A DNA stretch of 64,000 bases from Schmidtea polychroa (Eukaryota), in NCBI GenBank assembly GCA_044892525.1, contig CM097885.1, positions 189,100,001-189,164,000 of the forward strand. The letters run 5' to 3'. Of the stretch, positions 34,393 through 47,089 are shown in pieces (positions within the stretch are counted from its first letter, which is position 1; each line of letters begins with the position of its first letter). A program made the position numbers and the translations under genes. Below the pieces are notes generated by a model that was not told the origin of the DNA, searched no databases, and was given only the letters and a program-made list of their open reading frames with translations.

Positions 34393-36450
34393 TTTGCTAT
34401 ATAAAAAAGGATGTAACTTGTAAAGAATCGTAAAGAAATAAAACGAATATTTGTTCAGTTACATGCGTTATAAACATAGGCCTACGTTTTTGCAGGTTTA
34501 GATTTTCAAATTTCAGATACCCTTATTATTAAGTAATTGATTGTCAAATAATTTGAACTCCTACGGTGTTTGTTAATTGTTATACCCTTTAGCTCTAAAA
34601 ATAAGATGCATACATGCATTTAGCTCTAAAAATAAGATGCATACATGCATTTTGATTTATGACTCCCTTGGTACCTTTGCTGCGCATTGTCTAATATGTT
34701 GGACACTCGATAGGATAGAGCTTTTTAGCCAAAATATATGCTCCTTACTCCTAACTGCCACACATATAGTCTAAATATGTTTTTGATTAATTAAATTATT
34801 ACAATATATCACTTCTGTCACAAATATTCGCTATTCTCTATTTTAAAAAAATAACAGACTTACCTCGTTGTCGGGTCGTCGGCACTTTATATGTCTTTGC
34901 AAGCTTATGAACTACTGTAAATGTTATGCGCTTTCGAGCGCCATCTATCCGGGCAAAAATGAAGCTTAGTCATCGCTTGGAAGTTGGCGGAGGCACATTA
35001 AAGGTTTAAGAGGCAACGTTAGAGTGGTTTTGACTTTAGAAAGTGTTATTCTGAGCAATTGGGTGCGAATAATGAAAATTTGATGTCAGTACCGGGAACC
35101 GGGGTTGTGGAAATCTCTGCGCCGGGATTACGGTGCCAGAAAAAGCCCGGGATCCCGGTATTGATGGTTTTAATTTGAATGGTATAAATATATTTTATTA
35201 TATATTTTATGATTCATTAACCCTTTGTAATAGATATGTATTACATAATTAGATAGTTTTATTATAAAAAATTAGAGTGGTTGAAATCCCCTGAAAAGTT
35301 TATACATAATGCATTAAAGTGTACAATTTTTTTTCCATAACTACACTAAAATAAATATTTTCTCACTGTATTTTGATTAGTGGAATATTAAAGCGCGGCG
35401 TCGTTTTGTCTCACTGAATATACCTAGTAAAGTCAAGGTACAAACAGTAACAAAAACGACACTACGGAGGAACGCTATAGGAGGGAAACTTCATTATAGG
35501 GCGGTTTACTGAACTTTAATTATTTATTTTTATTTAAATTCATTTTATGTATATTAATTATTTATTTTCCTTTTTTATTATTATTAATGTTATTACTTAT
35601 TATTTTTATTATTATTTTGTTTTATATATTTTTAATATTTAAAACATACATATCAGTTTATATTCCATAATTATTATTTAAAATTATACCAATAACAAAA
35701 ACAAAAAGCATATATTAATTAAACCAACATGACAATAACAATGATAGTCACAAGTTTGTCAATGATTTTATGAGTAGTTTGATGAACAGTCTGTCGACCA
35801 GTTTGATGATTATTCTGAAAATTTCATACTATTCGTTATAAAATAATAACCATATGCCAAACTTTCATTATTTCCAATTCAAATCCCTTTATGGTGATTA
35901 TTTGTAAGCGTGACTTTAGTAGTTTGAAAACTACAAATAGTTATCAATAATGTCTTTTCTAAATTGAGACACACTAGGTACTTCCGATCCACTGTAACAA
36001 TTCGGATAAGATTGATGTTTAATGTCTATATATTTAATATTACACTTTTCTCTTTTTTATTGTATTCGTACTACATAATAAACTAACATTTTGGCCGTTG
36101 CAATATCCACTCTTTAAAACCGATACCCTTATTCTTGTCTTTAAATTTTAATAGTCTAATTTTTTTGCTGTATAAAGACTGAGTTTAAAGACTGAGTTGA
36201 ATCATATTTTCCCGTAAAATGATTATGATCTGTAACCTTATCTACTATCATTTTTTTGCATAAATATCACATTTTCAAAGTATCAAACGAGTATTCATTA
36301 AATGTAAGTGACGACATTGGTTTTCGGTAGACTGGCCTAACGGAATTTAGGAGTGTAAGGCAGTCCTTATGCCATGCTATAACATAATTCCGACGGGTTG
36401 GGTTTTCATTTGGAGGCCACAACATGGTACGAAACCTGTCAATACGCGTA

Positions 36451-36710
36451 TGACGAAATATATTTAAAATCTTGAAATAATATATTTAAAATCTTGAAAC
36501 AATATATGTAAAAACTTGAAACAATATATTTAAAATCTTGAAATAATATATTTAAAATCTTGAAACAATATATGTAAAAACTTGAAACAATATATTTAAA
36601 ATCTTGAAATAATATATTTAAAATCTTGAAATAATATATTTAAAATCTTGAAACCATATATCTAAAAACTTATATTGAAATTTAAAAACTTACATCGATA
36701 TTTTAAAAAC
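36451..36710. repeat. Left TIR: array of ~10 x 22-bp ATATATTTAAAATCTTGAAA(T/C)A
   Basis: Direct reading; inverted counterpart at 37912-38207. Confidence 0.9.
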
Positions 36711-36822
36711 TTCCAAACAATAAATATTAGATTCAATCCAAGAAGCTTTAATGCGCAGTCCATTCTTTTTAAGCTAATTCATATATAACAAAGAAATCAC
36801 AAATAACGAAATATCGATTTAT

Positions 36823-37893
36823 TCAAATAAACTCTTGTCTAGCAAGAGCTTTTTCAATATATTTCCTCATGTTAGCAAACCAACCACCAAAATCGATTCC
36901 TTCATTATCCAGTGTAGTCCGTATTCTGGTTTTCAATTCATCTCGATTTGCAGCCGAAGGATGAATGGCAAATAGCACCGATTTAAAATGGCTAAAGTAC
37001 TCTTCAATCGGATTTAACTGGGGGGAGTAAGGGGGTAAAAATCGAAAATTAATATTATTAGACTCCAACAGACTAATAACAGTTCTGGAATGGTGAAACC
37101 TACAGTTATCCATTATCAATACGTCATTCGGATTAGATCTAAAATGGCTCAACAACTTTTCCTCAATAAAACCACAAAAACTTTCTCCGTTAAAAGCACC
37201 ATCTTTGATTTCATAAGAAACTATTCCAGATTTCTTAATTGCCACCATACAACTGATATTAGTACCACGATTGCCTTTAACGATTTTGTAGGCTTTTGAA
37301 TTTTTGGGCGAGTAACCGTAGTTCCTGGTTTGATGCAAATTCAGTCCGGTTTCATCCAAAAAAACCAAATGATCATTCGAGATAAAATTTGTTTCACGGG
37401 CGTATCTTTGCCTTAGATCGATATTTTTAGGGGTGTTTCGTTCCTGTGGAATTCTGACCAGTCGTTTCCTGGTATATTCCATCTTTTTAAGTATTTTAGA
37501 AACAGCACTCGAGCACCTAGTTATTCCGGAGTGTTGCAACTCTTCGGATAGTTCGGGCTGGGTAAATGAGGCATCTCTTTGTAAAATTTGGCTTATGTTG
37601 GATTTCACGACGGACAAATCTGCCATTTTCCTTCCTTTCTTCGGACCGCAGATTTCTTCGTCCGTTGCGCCGTCGCATAGTTTTCCGACCAGGTTATATG
37701 CGGTCTGCAGACTAATCTCTTGCTCGGAGGCGATTGTTTTTGTATCGGTATTTTTTTCAACCGATTTTCGGACTCGTTTTATGATTTCGAGCGTAACAGT
37801 TTGCCGCCTTTTTCGAACCCTGACATCTTGGCGCTCTTCGGAGGTTTGTTCAGTGCTGTTGGACATGGTTGAGGGATTTAGTTTTGAATGCAT
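36823..37893 (-). CDS. DD34E transposase, 356 aa (or starting at the second Met)
   Basis: N-terminal HTH; LVFLDETG, LIMDNCRFH, FLPPYSPQLNPIEE; 34 residues between the second D and E. Confidence 0.93.
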   Translation of the reverse strand: MHSKLNPSTMSNSTEQTSEERQDVRVRKRRQTVTLEIIKRVRKSVEKNTDTKTIASEQEISLQTAYNLVGKLCDGATDEEICGPKKGRKMADLSVVKSNISQILQRDASFTQPELSEELQHSGITRCSSAVSKILKKMEYTRKRLVRIPQERNTPKNIDLRQRYARETNFISNDHLVFLDETGLNLHQTRNYGYSPKNSKAYKIVKGNRGTNISCMVAIKKSGIVSYEIKDGAFNGESFCGFIEEKLLSHFRSNPNDVLIMDNCRFHHSRTVISLLESNNINFRFLPPYSPQLNPIEEYFSHFKSVLFAIHPSAANRDELKTRIRTTLDNEGIDFGGWFANMRKYIEKALARQEFI

Positions 37894-37911
37894 AAATTCC
37901 AGTCTTAAAAT

Positions 37912-38207
37912 ATATCGATGTAGGTTTTTAAAATTTCAATATAAGTTTTTAGATATATTGTTTCAAGATTTTAAATATATTATTTCAAGATTTTAAATAT
38001 ATTGTTTCAAGTTTTTACATATATTGTTTCAAGATTTTAAATATATTATTTCAAGATTTTAAATATATTATTTCAAGATTTTAAATATATTATTTCAAGA
38101 TTTTAAATATATTATTTCAAGATTTTAAATATATTATTTCAAGATTTTAAATATATTATTTCAAGATTTTAAATATATTATTTCAAGATTTTAAATATAT
38201 TTCGTCA
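37912..38207. repeat. Right TIR: longer inverted array of the same 22-bp unit
   Basis: TATTTCAAGATTTTAAATATAT repeated; different copy number and variant order from the left end. Confidence 0.9.
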
Positions 38208-38774
38208 TAACCCTATTCATAACATATTCGAATTTTGGTATATGTAAATATGAAAGCATAACATATTCATAACATATTCGAATTTTGGTATATGTAAATA
38301 TGAAAGCAATATAATAAATAAAAAATAAACTATGTAATATAAAAAGCTTTATTTGATTACAAATAATTTTTTATATTTTTTTGAAGCGATACAATTTATA
38401 ATTCTATGCCAAAATATTCATTGTGCTTATGATTTTTTTTGTTGGTGTAGCAGTTTCATAAATAAAACTTGAAACTTAACCTGCGGTCTCATCTAATGTT
38501 GTAACTCTAATTTCCCATTCTTTCAAGATAGACACGGAAAAAATTTCCAAATTGGTCTGGAAATTGGTTTTTTCAGCAGAACCCAGCAATTCCTTACAGT
38601 AAAAATTCTAAAACTTCTTGAGTAAATGTAGGCAACCCATTTTCGAAATTTTCCAATGGTTCATTACTTGCCTTTCAAATGATATTAAAAAACAGTGCTA
38701 CTACCAATCCGAATTATTATCCAAGAAAAATCATTATTTTGTTTAAATAATTGTTCATACTTTGATTCCCACTG

Positions 38775-38906
38775 NNNNNNNNNNNNNNNNNNNNNNNNNN
38801 NNNNNNNNNNNNNNNNNNNNNNNNNNNNNNNNNNNNNNNNNNNNNNNNNNNNNNNNNNNNNNNNNNNNNNNNNNNNNNNNNNNNNNNNNNNNNNNNNNNN
38901 NNNNNN
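38775..38906. other. Assembly gap (132 N)
   Basis: N run. Confidence 1.
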
Positions 38907-39279
38907 AGAAATTTTCCTTAGTCAGACATACGATCCCATGCATTTGACTCAGACTTGCCCCAACTCACATCAAATGACTACATTAATATTCCCTTATGTG
39001 AGCCCGTGGCGATGTTTCCACGTTGGTTCTGCTCACACGGGTTGGAGTTGGTTAACAGGTGAGCCCCTGCCTTAGGACTACTATTCACCCTCTCACGGTT
39101 CAGGTTCCAAGGTACCTTAGAAGGACTTACCCCTAAGCACATACATTCGCGGGTCGACCCTGGTCCAAGGGGACGACCTTCATGCTATGCCATGCTTTTA
39201 GTGCATTGGGTATTTCACTCATCACTCTCTCAAAATAACTCGTTAATTATCAAACAATTATATTAATTACACTACACGT

Positions 39280-40190
39280 TAATTTACAAAAAACAACAAA
39301 TCAGGTTTCACCGAAATCCAATGCACAAGCATTAAAGATGAAGCGAGAATTTGTCGTGTTCTGGAGAGCCGGCCATCAAATACATCCAACAAGGTACACC
39401 GGCACTGTCGTTGCCTCGAGGTATCAAAAAACCTCTCCGTCGGAGAACACTTCGTCAATATCCACTGGCAAGCGGCGATCCGCGAGGTACTTAATACCAT
39501 CGGCAGGTACTACTCGGAATATTTCTTTGGCCGGAATCACATGCGAACTCGAAATTTCCTTGAGTGTGGACTGGGCCACTGACAACGAAGCCTCCAGTGC
39601 TGCCATCGCATCTCGGCGTTTCTGATTTTTGGCGGCCCTGGTTGGCCGTTTCCGTTTGCGAGAAAACGCCTGATTATTCGCGGTAGATGGGACGGAGGGT
39701 GCCACTAACACCGGGGCCAAAATAGGTCGGAAGAGCCACCTGCCAACGGCTGATAACCAGATAATACCGGGACCGGAATGGGCGGCAGATAAGAGCCATG
39801 CCCTTGACAGTTCGGTGCAGCTGCTTGAGACGTCTGGTGGTGCAGTGGGAAAACATTGGTGCTATCCAAGACGGGGAATTCCCGAACCCGTTTGGTCAGT
39901 TCTGCCTCCGTGTAGACCTTGTGGAGGGCTTCGGATTGTGCTTTAATTGTCAACCTTTGACATCAGCTCTCCTCCAGCAGGCTGTCCCTGCAATGCTCCA
40001 AACGGAGGATTTTCTTTCGCTCCTCCTTCATCTGTGGCGGGGAGAACCACGTGCCCTCATAGAGGTCAATACGCTTCTTTAGAGCCCCGATATAGAGGTG
40101 GAGCTGCGCGATGTCTGTATTTTTATCGGCGCAGGAGAAACACGGGCGAAGATTTGTCCCAGAATTGGTTGAAGTAGTCATCTAAAAATT
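39280..40190 (-). mobile_element. Unclassified GC-richer repeat with decayed ORF, copy A
   Basis: Translations homologous to 44700-45240 (RLT(I/V)K..SE.LH..Y...EL.KRV; PSTAN...RKRKR..RA...K..D..AA..A.L). Confidence 0.5.
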
Positions 40191-42743
40191 AAGAAGTGTA
40201 TATTTATATTTTACCCCTTGCTTACTCGTCGATTATATGTTCCCGACGCTAATTTCATCGTCCCTCTTATACGTAAAATCAGAAACATCTCGCACATTCA
40301 TCCCGTCGGAGATCTTCAAATCCATTCAAACCTCAAACACTCCAGTTCGTTCGTCCAATCACTCACAGTTCAATGAAAAGAAAAGGAAACTGGGAGATTC
40401 TCAAAATAATTGGTCCACCCGTAGCGAACCTATCCCTATTCTCGGGGTCTGTTAGCTACTATTCAATACATCGCTATTGATTCTCTTTATCGTTGTCATC
40501 TTCATTAATGTTATTTAATAATTTATCCAACTTTAGCTTTATACTAGGTCTTTTCTTCATAGAGATTATGTGGGTATTAAGTTAAACAGGAAAATAATTC
40601 GATACGGCTAAATGTCCCCTAGTATTATCATAAATCAGGTTAGTTTGGTACGGAGGCTACAACTCATTCATTGATAAAAATTTCTATTTATTAGAATTTA
40701 AATTTGGATTATTTAAATTATCACCGTAATTGTTGCCATAACGACAGTTGGCTATGTGCATGCACGCATTAATTTTTCCAAGATACAAACAGAGGGTTTT
40801 ATCCGCCTTACTCTTACGCCGTTGAGTAATTAAACGAAAAATCTCTTTACTTGGTGATGTCAAGACATCAGAATTCATGTGTGCCTGCGGACTCGATATA
40901 TCATACTCTGCTATGACGTCAGGCAACAATGACTTGTGTATCGTGTTTACTGGCAGACGTGTCTGTGTGTATCTTTGAATTTGCCTGCTTCATTCGACAG
41001 CACTCACTTGACAGATAGATAAGAGTAATTGGTTAAACTTATTCCAAAAGAGCTATCATGATGTTCTCGACATTTGCTAAAACCGTTATCAGATGAAAAA
41101 TGGATTTTAGACGCTTAATTGTTTCAGCTATGTTGACTCTTACCGAAAGCTAATCGTCTCGTCGATTTGGTACACGTCATTCCACGATCTATTCACGGAA
41201 TATCTTTATCTGGATGTTACCCGTTGCGCTAGTGTTGCTGATGCTTAGTTAGATGAAATCGACAGATTATCTCCAGTAGTGTTAAGGATAATTTTCCTTC
41301 AGGGCTACAGTAAGTAGTTCGATCAATTATCGGGCGATATTTACCTTTCTGTCAGGTTGCATCCTTATCACTGATAACGGCAAATCAATATCGGCGATCA
41401 AGTCTACGAGTACCCCGAAGGTGGATGTAATCGCTATCGTCCTAGTGATATACACCCCAAAAAGACTCTAACTTCAAAAAAAATCTCGGATGAGTTCTCT
41501 GAATTTCTATGGGCGAATCCCGCTCACTATCATTTGGACATTCAATTGTTCCTTTCGTCGATCATGACAAAGTGTAATGAGGAATTAACGAAGAGAGATT
41601 TAGCCATTGCGTTGAAAATTCGTAATTCGAAGATTTTCCGGGATTCTCAGTCGACGGGTTCTCTGCATACCATCTGGGTTCTTAACATTTCATGGAAAAC
41701 ATTTGGTGAAAACAACCGATCATCACTCGGTGGACAATCCTCTCCATACAAAATGGCTGTCATACATCAGATGTCCTCACCCCTCCTGACCCACCTAAGA
41801 GCGGCAATCATCGCTGCCACCGCCCTTAGACTGCCAGGAAGGACGATTCTATCTCCTCAACCGTTAATCATTAATTTACATAAAAATTGTTATAAAAGTT
41901 AAATGGTATAATTAAATAAATGGCTTCATTCTTCGAAAAATTATCTATTATATGAAAAGTTACTAACCTGGCGACCACGCCGTCTGAGTTTCGAATATGA
42001 CGCCGTTCCACGATAGCCATAACCATTTAACACCTTTTATTTGCTGTGATGCTAGCTTTATCCATCTCCTCAAATCCCACTCCCAATCGCTATTCTCGTA
42101 GCGTCTTCTAAAGACTTAATGGAATTCTCCGCATCATATTGGATTCCCAGACGACATCGTCGCCAGCACCATAGCGAGAGAATACCTTTAGTAATTCGAT
42201 AATGTTTATTGAAATAGAATATTTTACTTATTTACATTCATATATAACAATCATAAAATGCATCCATCTTACTGTAATTTCGTTCTCGCGAGTGTTGAAA
42301 ATCGGGTTTAAGTTTTCCTGTTAGAGTATATCTTTTCCTGATGAAACTCTGAAATTAGTTGGCCAATGGATATAGGTTCGGTGAAAATTGATTCCTGTAG
42401 TATTCGGTGCTCTGTAGAGTTCGAGTTAAGTGACTTGCTGTAGAGTAGTAGTTAAACTGTAGAGTAGCGATTAAAAGTGGTAATGACAATAAAATTTTTA
42501 CCTGTAGAGTAGCGATTAAAAGTGGTACTCTACAGATTTTTCTCGTTCTTTATATATTATTCTTCGTCCAATCAGGACACGACTTGTGTGTAATATTATT
42601 ATTTATTATTATTTTTATGTTTTTTAATGTAATATACTAGATTTTTATGACTTCTTTTATTTTTATTATCGTTTTATTTATTTTCCTATTTTTTCTTATT
42701 TTTCTCCTGTTTTTCCCTGCGAGTTTATGGCTATTTGGTAATA

Positions 42744-44020
42744 CAGGTAACCCTCGATTAACACGGTACTTGAATAACACGATTTCGTTTTAACACGGTT
42801 AAAATATCGCGGCACACCCTTGTCTAACACGATATTTTTTAGCACGGTTTTGATTTTACACGGCTTCAAAATTGATGAAAACCCTTAATTAACACGGTTT
42901 CAAAATTCAAATTTTTACAATCTTAGTTGACTTGTTGGTGTTATATCAACATTTAATGCATACTACATCAGGCGAACGTTTAAAAAATATTTAGATGAAA
43001 TGGACTCAGATTCTAGCTTAACCGTCAGTCAAGTATGAAAGAACTTTACAATTTTGGACTGTGTAAAATTAGTTGCTTTGGCTGTAGAGGAATTACAACC
43101 TTCCACATTAAACGGTAGCTTGAAACCTATATGGCCTGAAGTGGTTCTACTTAATAATAGAATTCAACCAGTGGTGGATAAATATCGTGCTATTGTCGAT
43201 TTCGCTCATTCCTTAGGCGGAGAAGGATTTGAAGATTTGGCCATTCGGGATGTGGAAGAATTGCTAGCCGAACCAAATTTGGGAGAAGAGGAGTTAGTGG
43301 CGATGGTCAACGAAACTTATACGGATTTACCAAGCTCAGACACTGATACTGAGAGTGATGCCGCAGATCAAAACTTTACACTCAAATTATTAAGAGAAGG
43401 ATTTGAGATGGCTAAAAATTTAGAAAACCATTTCCTTGACAATGATCCGCCAATGGAACGTAGTCTGAAAATTCAACGCGACATAGAAAAATGCTTAGCT
43501 CCTTACCGAGAAGTCGAGAAAGAACTTAAAAAACAAATCAAAAACAGGCTCTTCTCACTGATTTTATAACCATAACCCAGAAATCACAAGCGACTAATGA
43601 AGTGTCAGAAAATTATTCAAGTGATGAAGAAGCACCAGTAAAAATGAATCAGCCACACATTACATATTTTTTCAGAGATTTTGAGAGTGATGATGAAGTT
43701 GAAAGTGATTATGATGGAATTTGTTAACCTTATCTATGGTCAATTTAAATTATGCCATATTTTTATTTTGATATTTATGCAAAATGAATTTATTTTACTA
43801 TTCTTTGTTAAATTTTGATTTCAAGTCTACTTGTATTTCAATCTTTTTTTTGTACTGGATGCATGAAAATAATAAAAACTATCAAAAACATAAATCATTT
43901 TTTAAATTTTTTGGAACCAAACCCCATGAATTGTATTAATTGTTAGTCTCGATTAACACGATTTTGATTAGCACGGAGTATTCTTGGAACCAAACTACCG
44001 TGTTAATCGAGGGTTACCTG
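42744..44020 (+). mobile_element. pogo/Tigger-like non-autonomous deletion derivative (1277 bp)
   Basis: Perfect 24-bp TIR CAGGTAACCCTCGATTAACACGGT, TA on both sides; 43054-43569 encodes only the Tigger-type C-terminus (GGEGFEDL...DVEELL). Confidence 0.9.
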
Positions 44021-44699
44021 TAGTATAATTTTTTGTTTTAATTATTCTAAGCGTTTATTTGAAAAATTTTTATGAAAAATTTTTGCGATTTTTGTGAAAT
44101 TTATTTTATCCTTTTTATTTATCAGTAGAATCCATTCGCAACCTTTAAAACACAGCAAACTAAATTCAATTTTGTAAAGCCACAACTTATATTTTCAAGG
44201 GACGAATTATCGAATTTTTAGAAACTACGGATTGCAGGGATTAACAGTAATTTGATACTTTTCCTTCGTATTTTGTAGTATGATAAAAATGTTTATAGTC
44301 ATTATAATTGTAAATTTATTATACAAAAATTACATGTTTTTGAAAGATACATCGTTTCTTTTTCTTCGCTGTAAATCTGATTATTGTATAAAGTATATTG
44401 ACAAATCATTTTCAGGAGAAGCATGTGTATTTTGAAGTTGATTTCTTGGAAGTAGTGTCATGAGATTTGACGGTGTTCGCGGTATACAGATACCCTGCAT
44501 ATTTTGATCACGTCGGATACAAATCACCCTTTTTTTCACCCCCGTATAAATGGAGGAATCGACCAGGAAAATATTACGCTTATGTTGGCACCTTGGGGTG
44601 TGTCGTTTTAAAGATGATATAGGTGTAGCTGTGGTTTTCTCAACCCGGCTCCTTCCTAGATGCCAAGGTGATTGTTACTTTTAGACCATCTGTATACCC

Positions 44700-45240
44700 A
44701 TGGCGATGACCATGTTGATACTGTACACAATAGCTGGGAATCCATGGATAGGTTTGGCTTGATCATGATCCAATCTTGGCCCACGGTGGGTCAGAAAATA
44801 GTGCAGCGTCCATGGCGGCTAATTCGTCCTTCTTGCGCTTTGATCGTTCGGCGCGCAAAAGCCGTTTCCTTTTTGGACGAGTAGTCGTGTTGGCAGTAGA
44901 TGGCATATCGCTGACAGCTTGCGCAACGACAGTTGGTGCTGGCGCTTTAGACGGAACCATACTTGTCCCGATGAACAGAATATCCGGAGTGAGTCGAAGG
45001 AAGGTTCCACCCCGTGATTGAGGCAAGACGTTTTCGCCATTAATTTAGGATCATCACGGAGATGATGATGTGGAAAATATTGTCTCGATCGGAGATGGGA
45101 CACCCTACGACACGCTTCCGTAATTCGACTTGAAATAGATGCGATGTAAGGTCTCGGATTAAGATTTGACGGTGAGCCTCAGGTTGTGATTCTCCTTGAG
45201 GAGGTTGTCGCTACAGTTGTCGCATCTGATCTAATTGACT
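44700..45240 (-). mobile_element. Unclassified repeat with decayed ORF, copy B
   Basis: Homologous in translation to 39424-40000. Confidence 0.5.
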
Positions 45241-46699
45241 CTCGTATCTCAATTATAAAATTAAAAGTAAAATTATAAAAGTATAATTTGCAATCTTTCA
45301 TAAGTACCCCCTCAAACTATACATTAGTCGAAAACAATATATATAGTAATAAATTAACTTATATATGTAAAGATATCAAATTTATAAAACTATAATTTAT
45401 AAATTTCCTTAAATGACCCCCCTCAAATCATATAGTAATTAATTATTACCCAAAAGTACTAATTTAGCTTGTTTTCAGATATATTTAACTTATTACCTTT
45501 AAAAATATAACTTGTATTTTTCATAACCGACCCCCTTAAATCATGTAGCCATTAACTATTACTTAAGTATACTGAATTAGATCATATTCATATGGAGTTA
45601 ACTTATATTTCATTTAAAAATATAATTTCATAAATTTTCGTAAATGACCGCCCCAAGTTGTATAATAACAAGAATGTTATTGTTAATAGTCCAAAGTTTA
45701 TATATGAAGTAATCTTATAAAAATATAATTTACAATTTTTACCTAGACACCTATTCAAAATTAGGGTAAAAGTACTGATTTACCTTATCCATATTTATCC
45801 GTATTAAACATAAAAATTTAGACTTCACAATTCTCATTTCTCGATCTTTTATTCCAACATATTTATTTTTTGAAAAAATCTTTTTTATCTTCATCCATTT
45901 AGCAGGTAAAAAATATTTGTTTCTTTCCTCTACAGGAATTTCTTCGTCATCCTCTGACAGAGTTTCTCCGTCATCCATTGTCAGAGTTTTTTCGTCATCC
46001 TTTGTAAGAGTTTCTTCGTCATCATCACTCGAAGAATCATTCAGGTATTTAAATTTATTAGCCATTCGATTTTTGATTTGAAGTGATTGAAGTTTTCTTT
46101 TATATCAAAATCTTAAAATTACAACCAATAAAAATCGTCTATTTTAAAGTTGTTAAAATGAACACAGTTCATTTTAACAACAAATTAACAACAATTTAAA
46201 AAGTCCGATTTTTGGATGCTTATGGATCTGATTCAACAATTTGTACGGATTATGGGTGTTGTTTAAATAGAATTGGTACCTATTATGTGCCAGGACTTCA
46301 AGCATTGTCGATTTTTATCATAATAGCAATAACCCAAATCATGGTAATATGTATAACAGGAAAAGTTATGGTCTTTCTAGTTTAAATGGACAAAAAAATT
46401 ATGATATTTATGAAAGACAGGAAAATAATCGTTTGTTAAATAGTTCTGAAAAGGACACAAATAATGAAATTTAAGATAAATTAGGATAAATTTAAGATAA
46501 GCATAGAAAATGGACACAATCGAAAGTGCATTAATAAAACTTGGTGTTGGAAAATTTCACTTTTTCTCATTGTAATCTTGATATGCTGTTGAAATGCTGA
46601 AAATGCTACTGACATGCCACTGACAATTCACAGTGATTGAAGCGTCACTTTTTTTTTGTTGGGATAATGATTGGGAGTGACAAATATGGTAGGAAAACC

Positions 46700-46960
46700 A
46701 AGTAGGTAGTTAGTGGCTCCCCGCCGCAACCCCCTATAAGGAGAGGGCATTCAATTTTTTTTGCTTTTTGGTTATGTAACTGCGTTAAGGGGCCACACTT
46801 ATTTTTTCTGGAATTTTCAATAGAAAATTGGTCCTATAGAAAAAAAGCCAGGATTTTTTTGACTATGAGGGATTCTCGATTTATCCGAGGATTTTCTATA
46901 CAAAATCCAAATATCACTAAAAAGCACGGAATTCTAATTATAATTTGGGTGGGTCAATAA
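46700..46960 (+). repeat. Dispersed repeat, inverted copy of 19260-19521
   Basis: See 19260-19521. Confidence 0.65.
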
Positions 46961-47089
46961 TGAACTATCAAGGGCATGCGTGTTGTTTAATCATGTTAAG
47001 TTTATGTCGACGCCTATGGACAAATTAGAGAGCTAAAGGAGCGTATACTGCACAAGTACAGTGAGTGGAAAATGCAAAATGAAAGGGCA

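Larger units (their letters stand above)
23655..35172 (-). mobile_element. hAT (BED-finger) transposon, transposase 33949-32127 plus 23910-23804, split by the Polinton
   Basis: BED finger IWEHF...CKICSKILKTAGKSTSGLHKHL; RFSLTFDEWTS; CLAHAVHLAVLDVL; DVKTRWNSL; ...SVESEWVFS|...SLNDLSLDTLSFLRSYF resumes left of the Polinton; imperfect CAATACCGG ends with CCGGGA subterminal motifs (outer limits approximate). Confidence 0.8.
36451..38207 (-). mobile_element. Tc1/mariner (IS630-Tc1-mariner) transposon, apparently intact, TA TSD
   Basis: TA|TGACGAAATATATTT...AAATATATTTCGTCA|TA; long TIRs made of 22-bp repeats; intact transposase. Confidence 0.93.

Noticed and set aside
34022-38207. 97-bp and 22-bp arrays as possible CRISPR arrays
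   Set aside because: Units are directly adjacent with no unique spacers; eukaryotic context; the 22-bp arrays are TIRs
38695-39075. ORFs spanning N gaps (also 52756-52956)
   Set aside because: Artefacts of translating N runs
41000-41902. GC-richer segment with partial reading frames
   Set aside because: Multiple stops and no motif recognised on either strand
45300-46065. ~115-bp degenerate repeat and acidic ORF 45751-46065
   Set aside because: No recognisable family; low-complexity signal
46210-46640. Tetraspanin-like (CTDYGCC...IAITQIMVICI) and SV2/MFS-like (ESALIKLGVGKFH) short peptides
   Set aside because: Under 60 aa, interrupted by stops; motif similarity too weak to call
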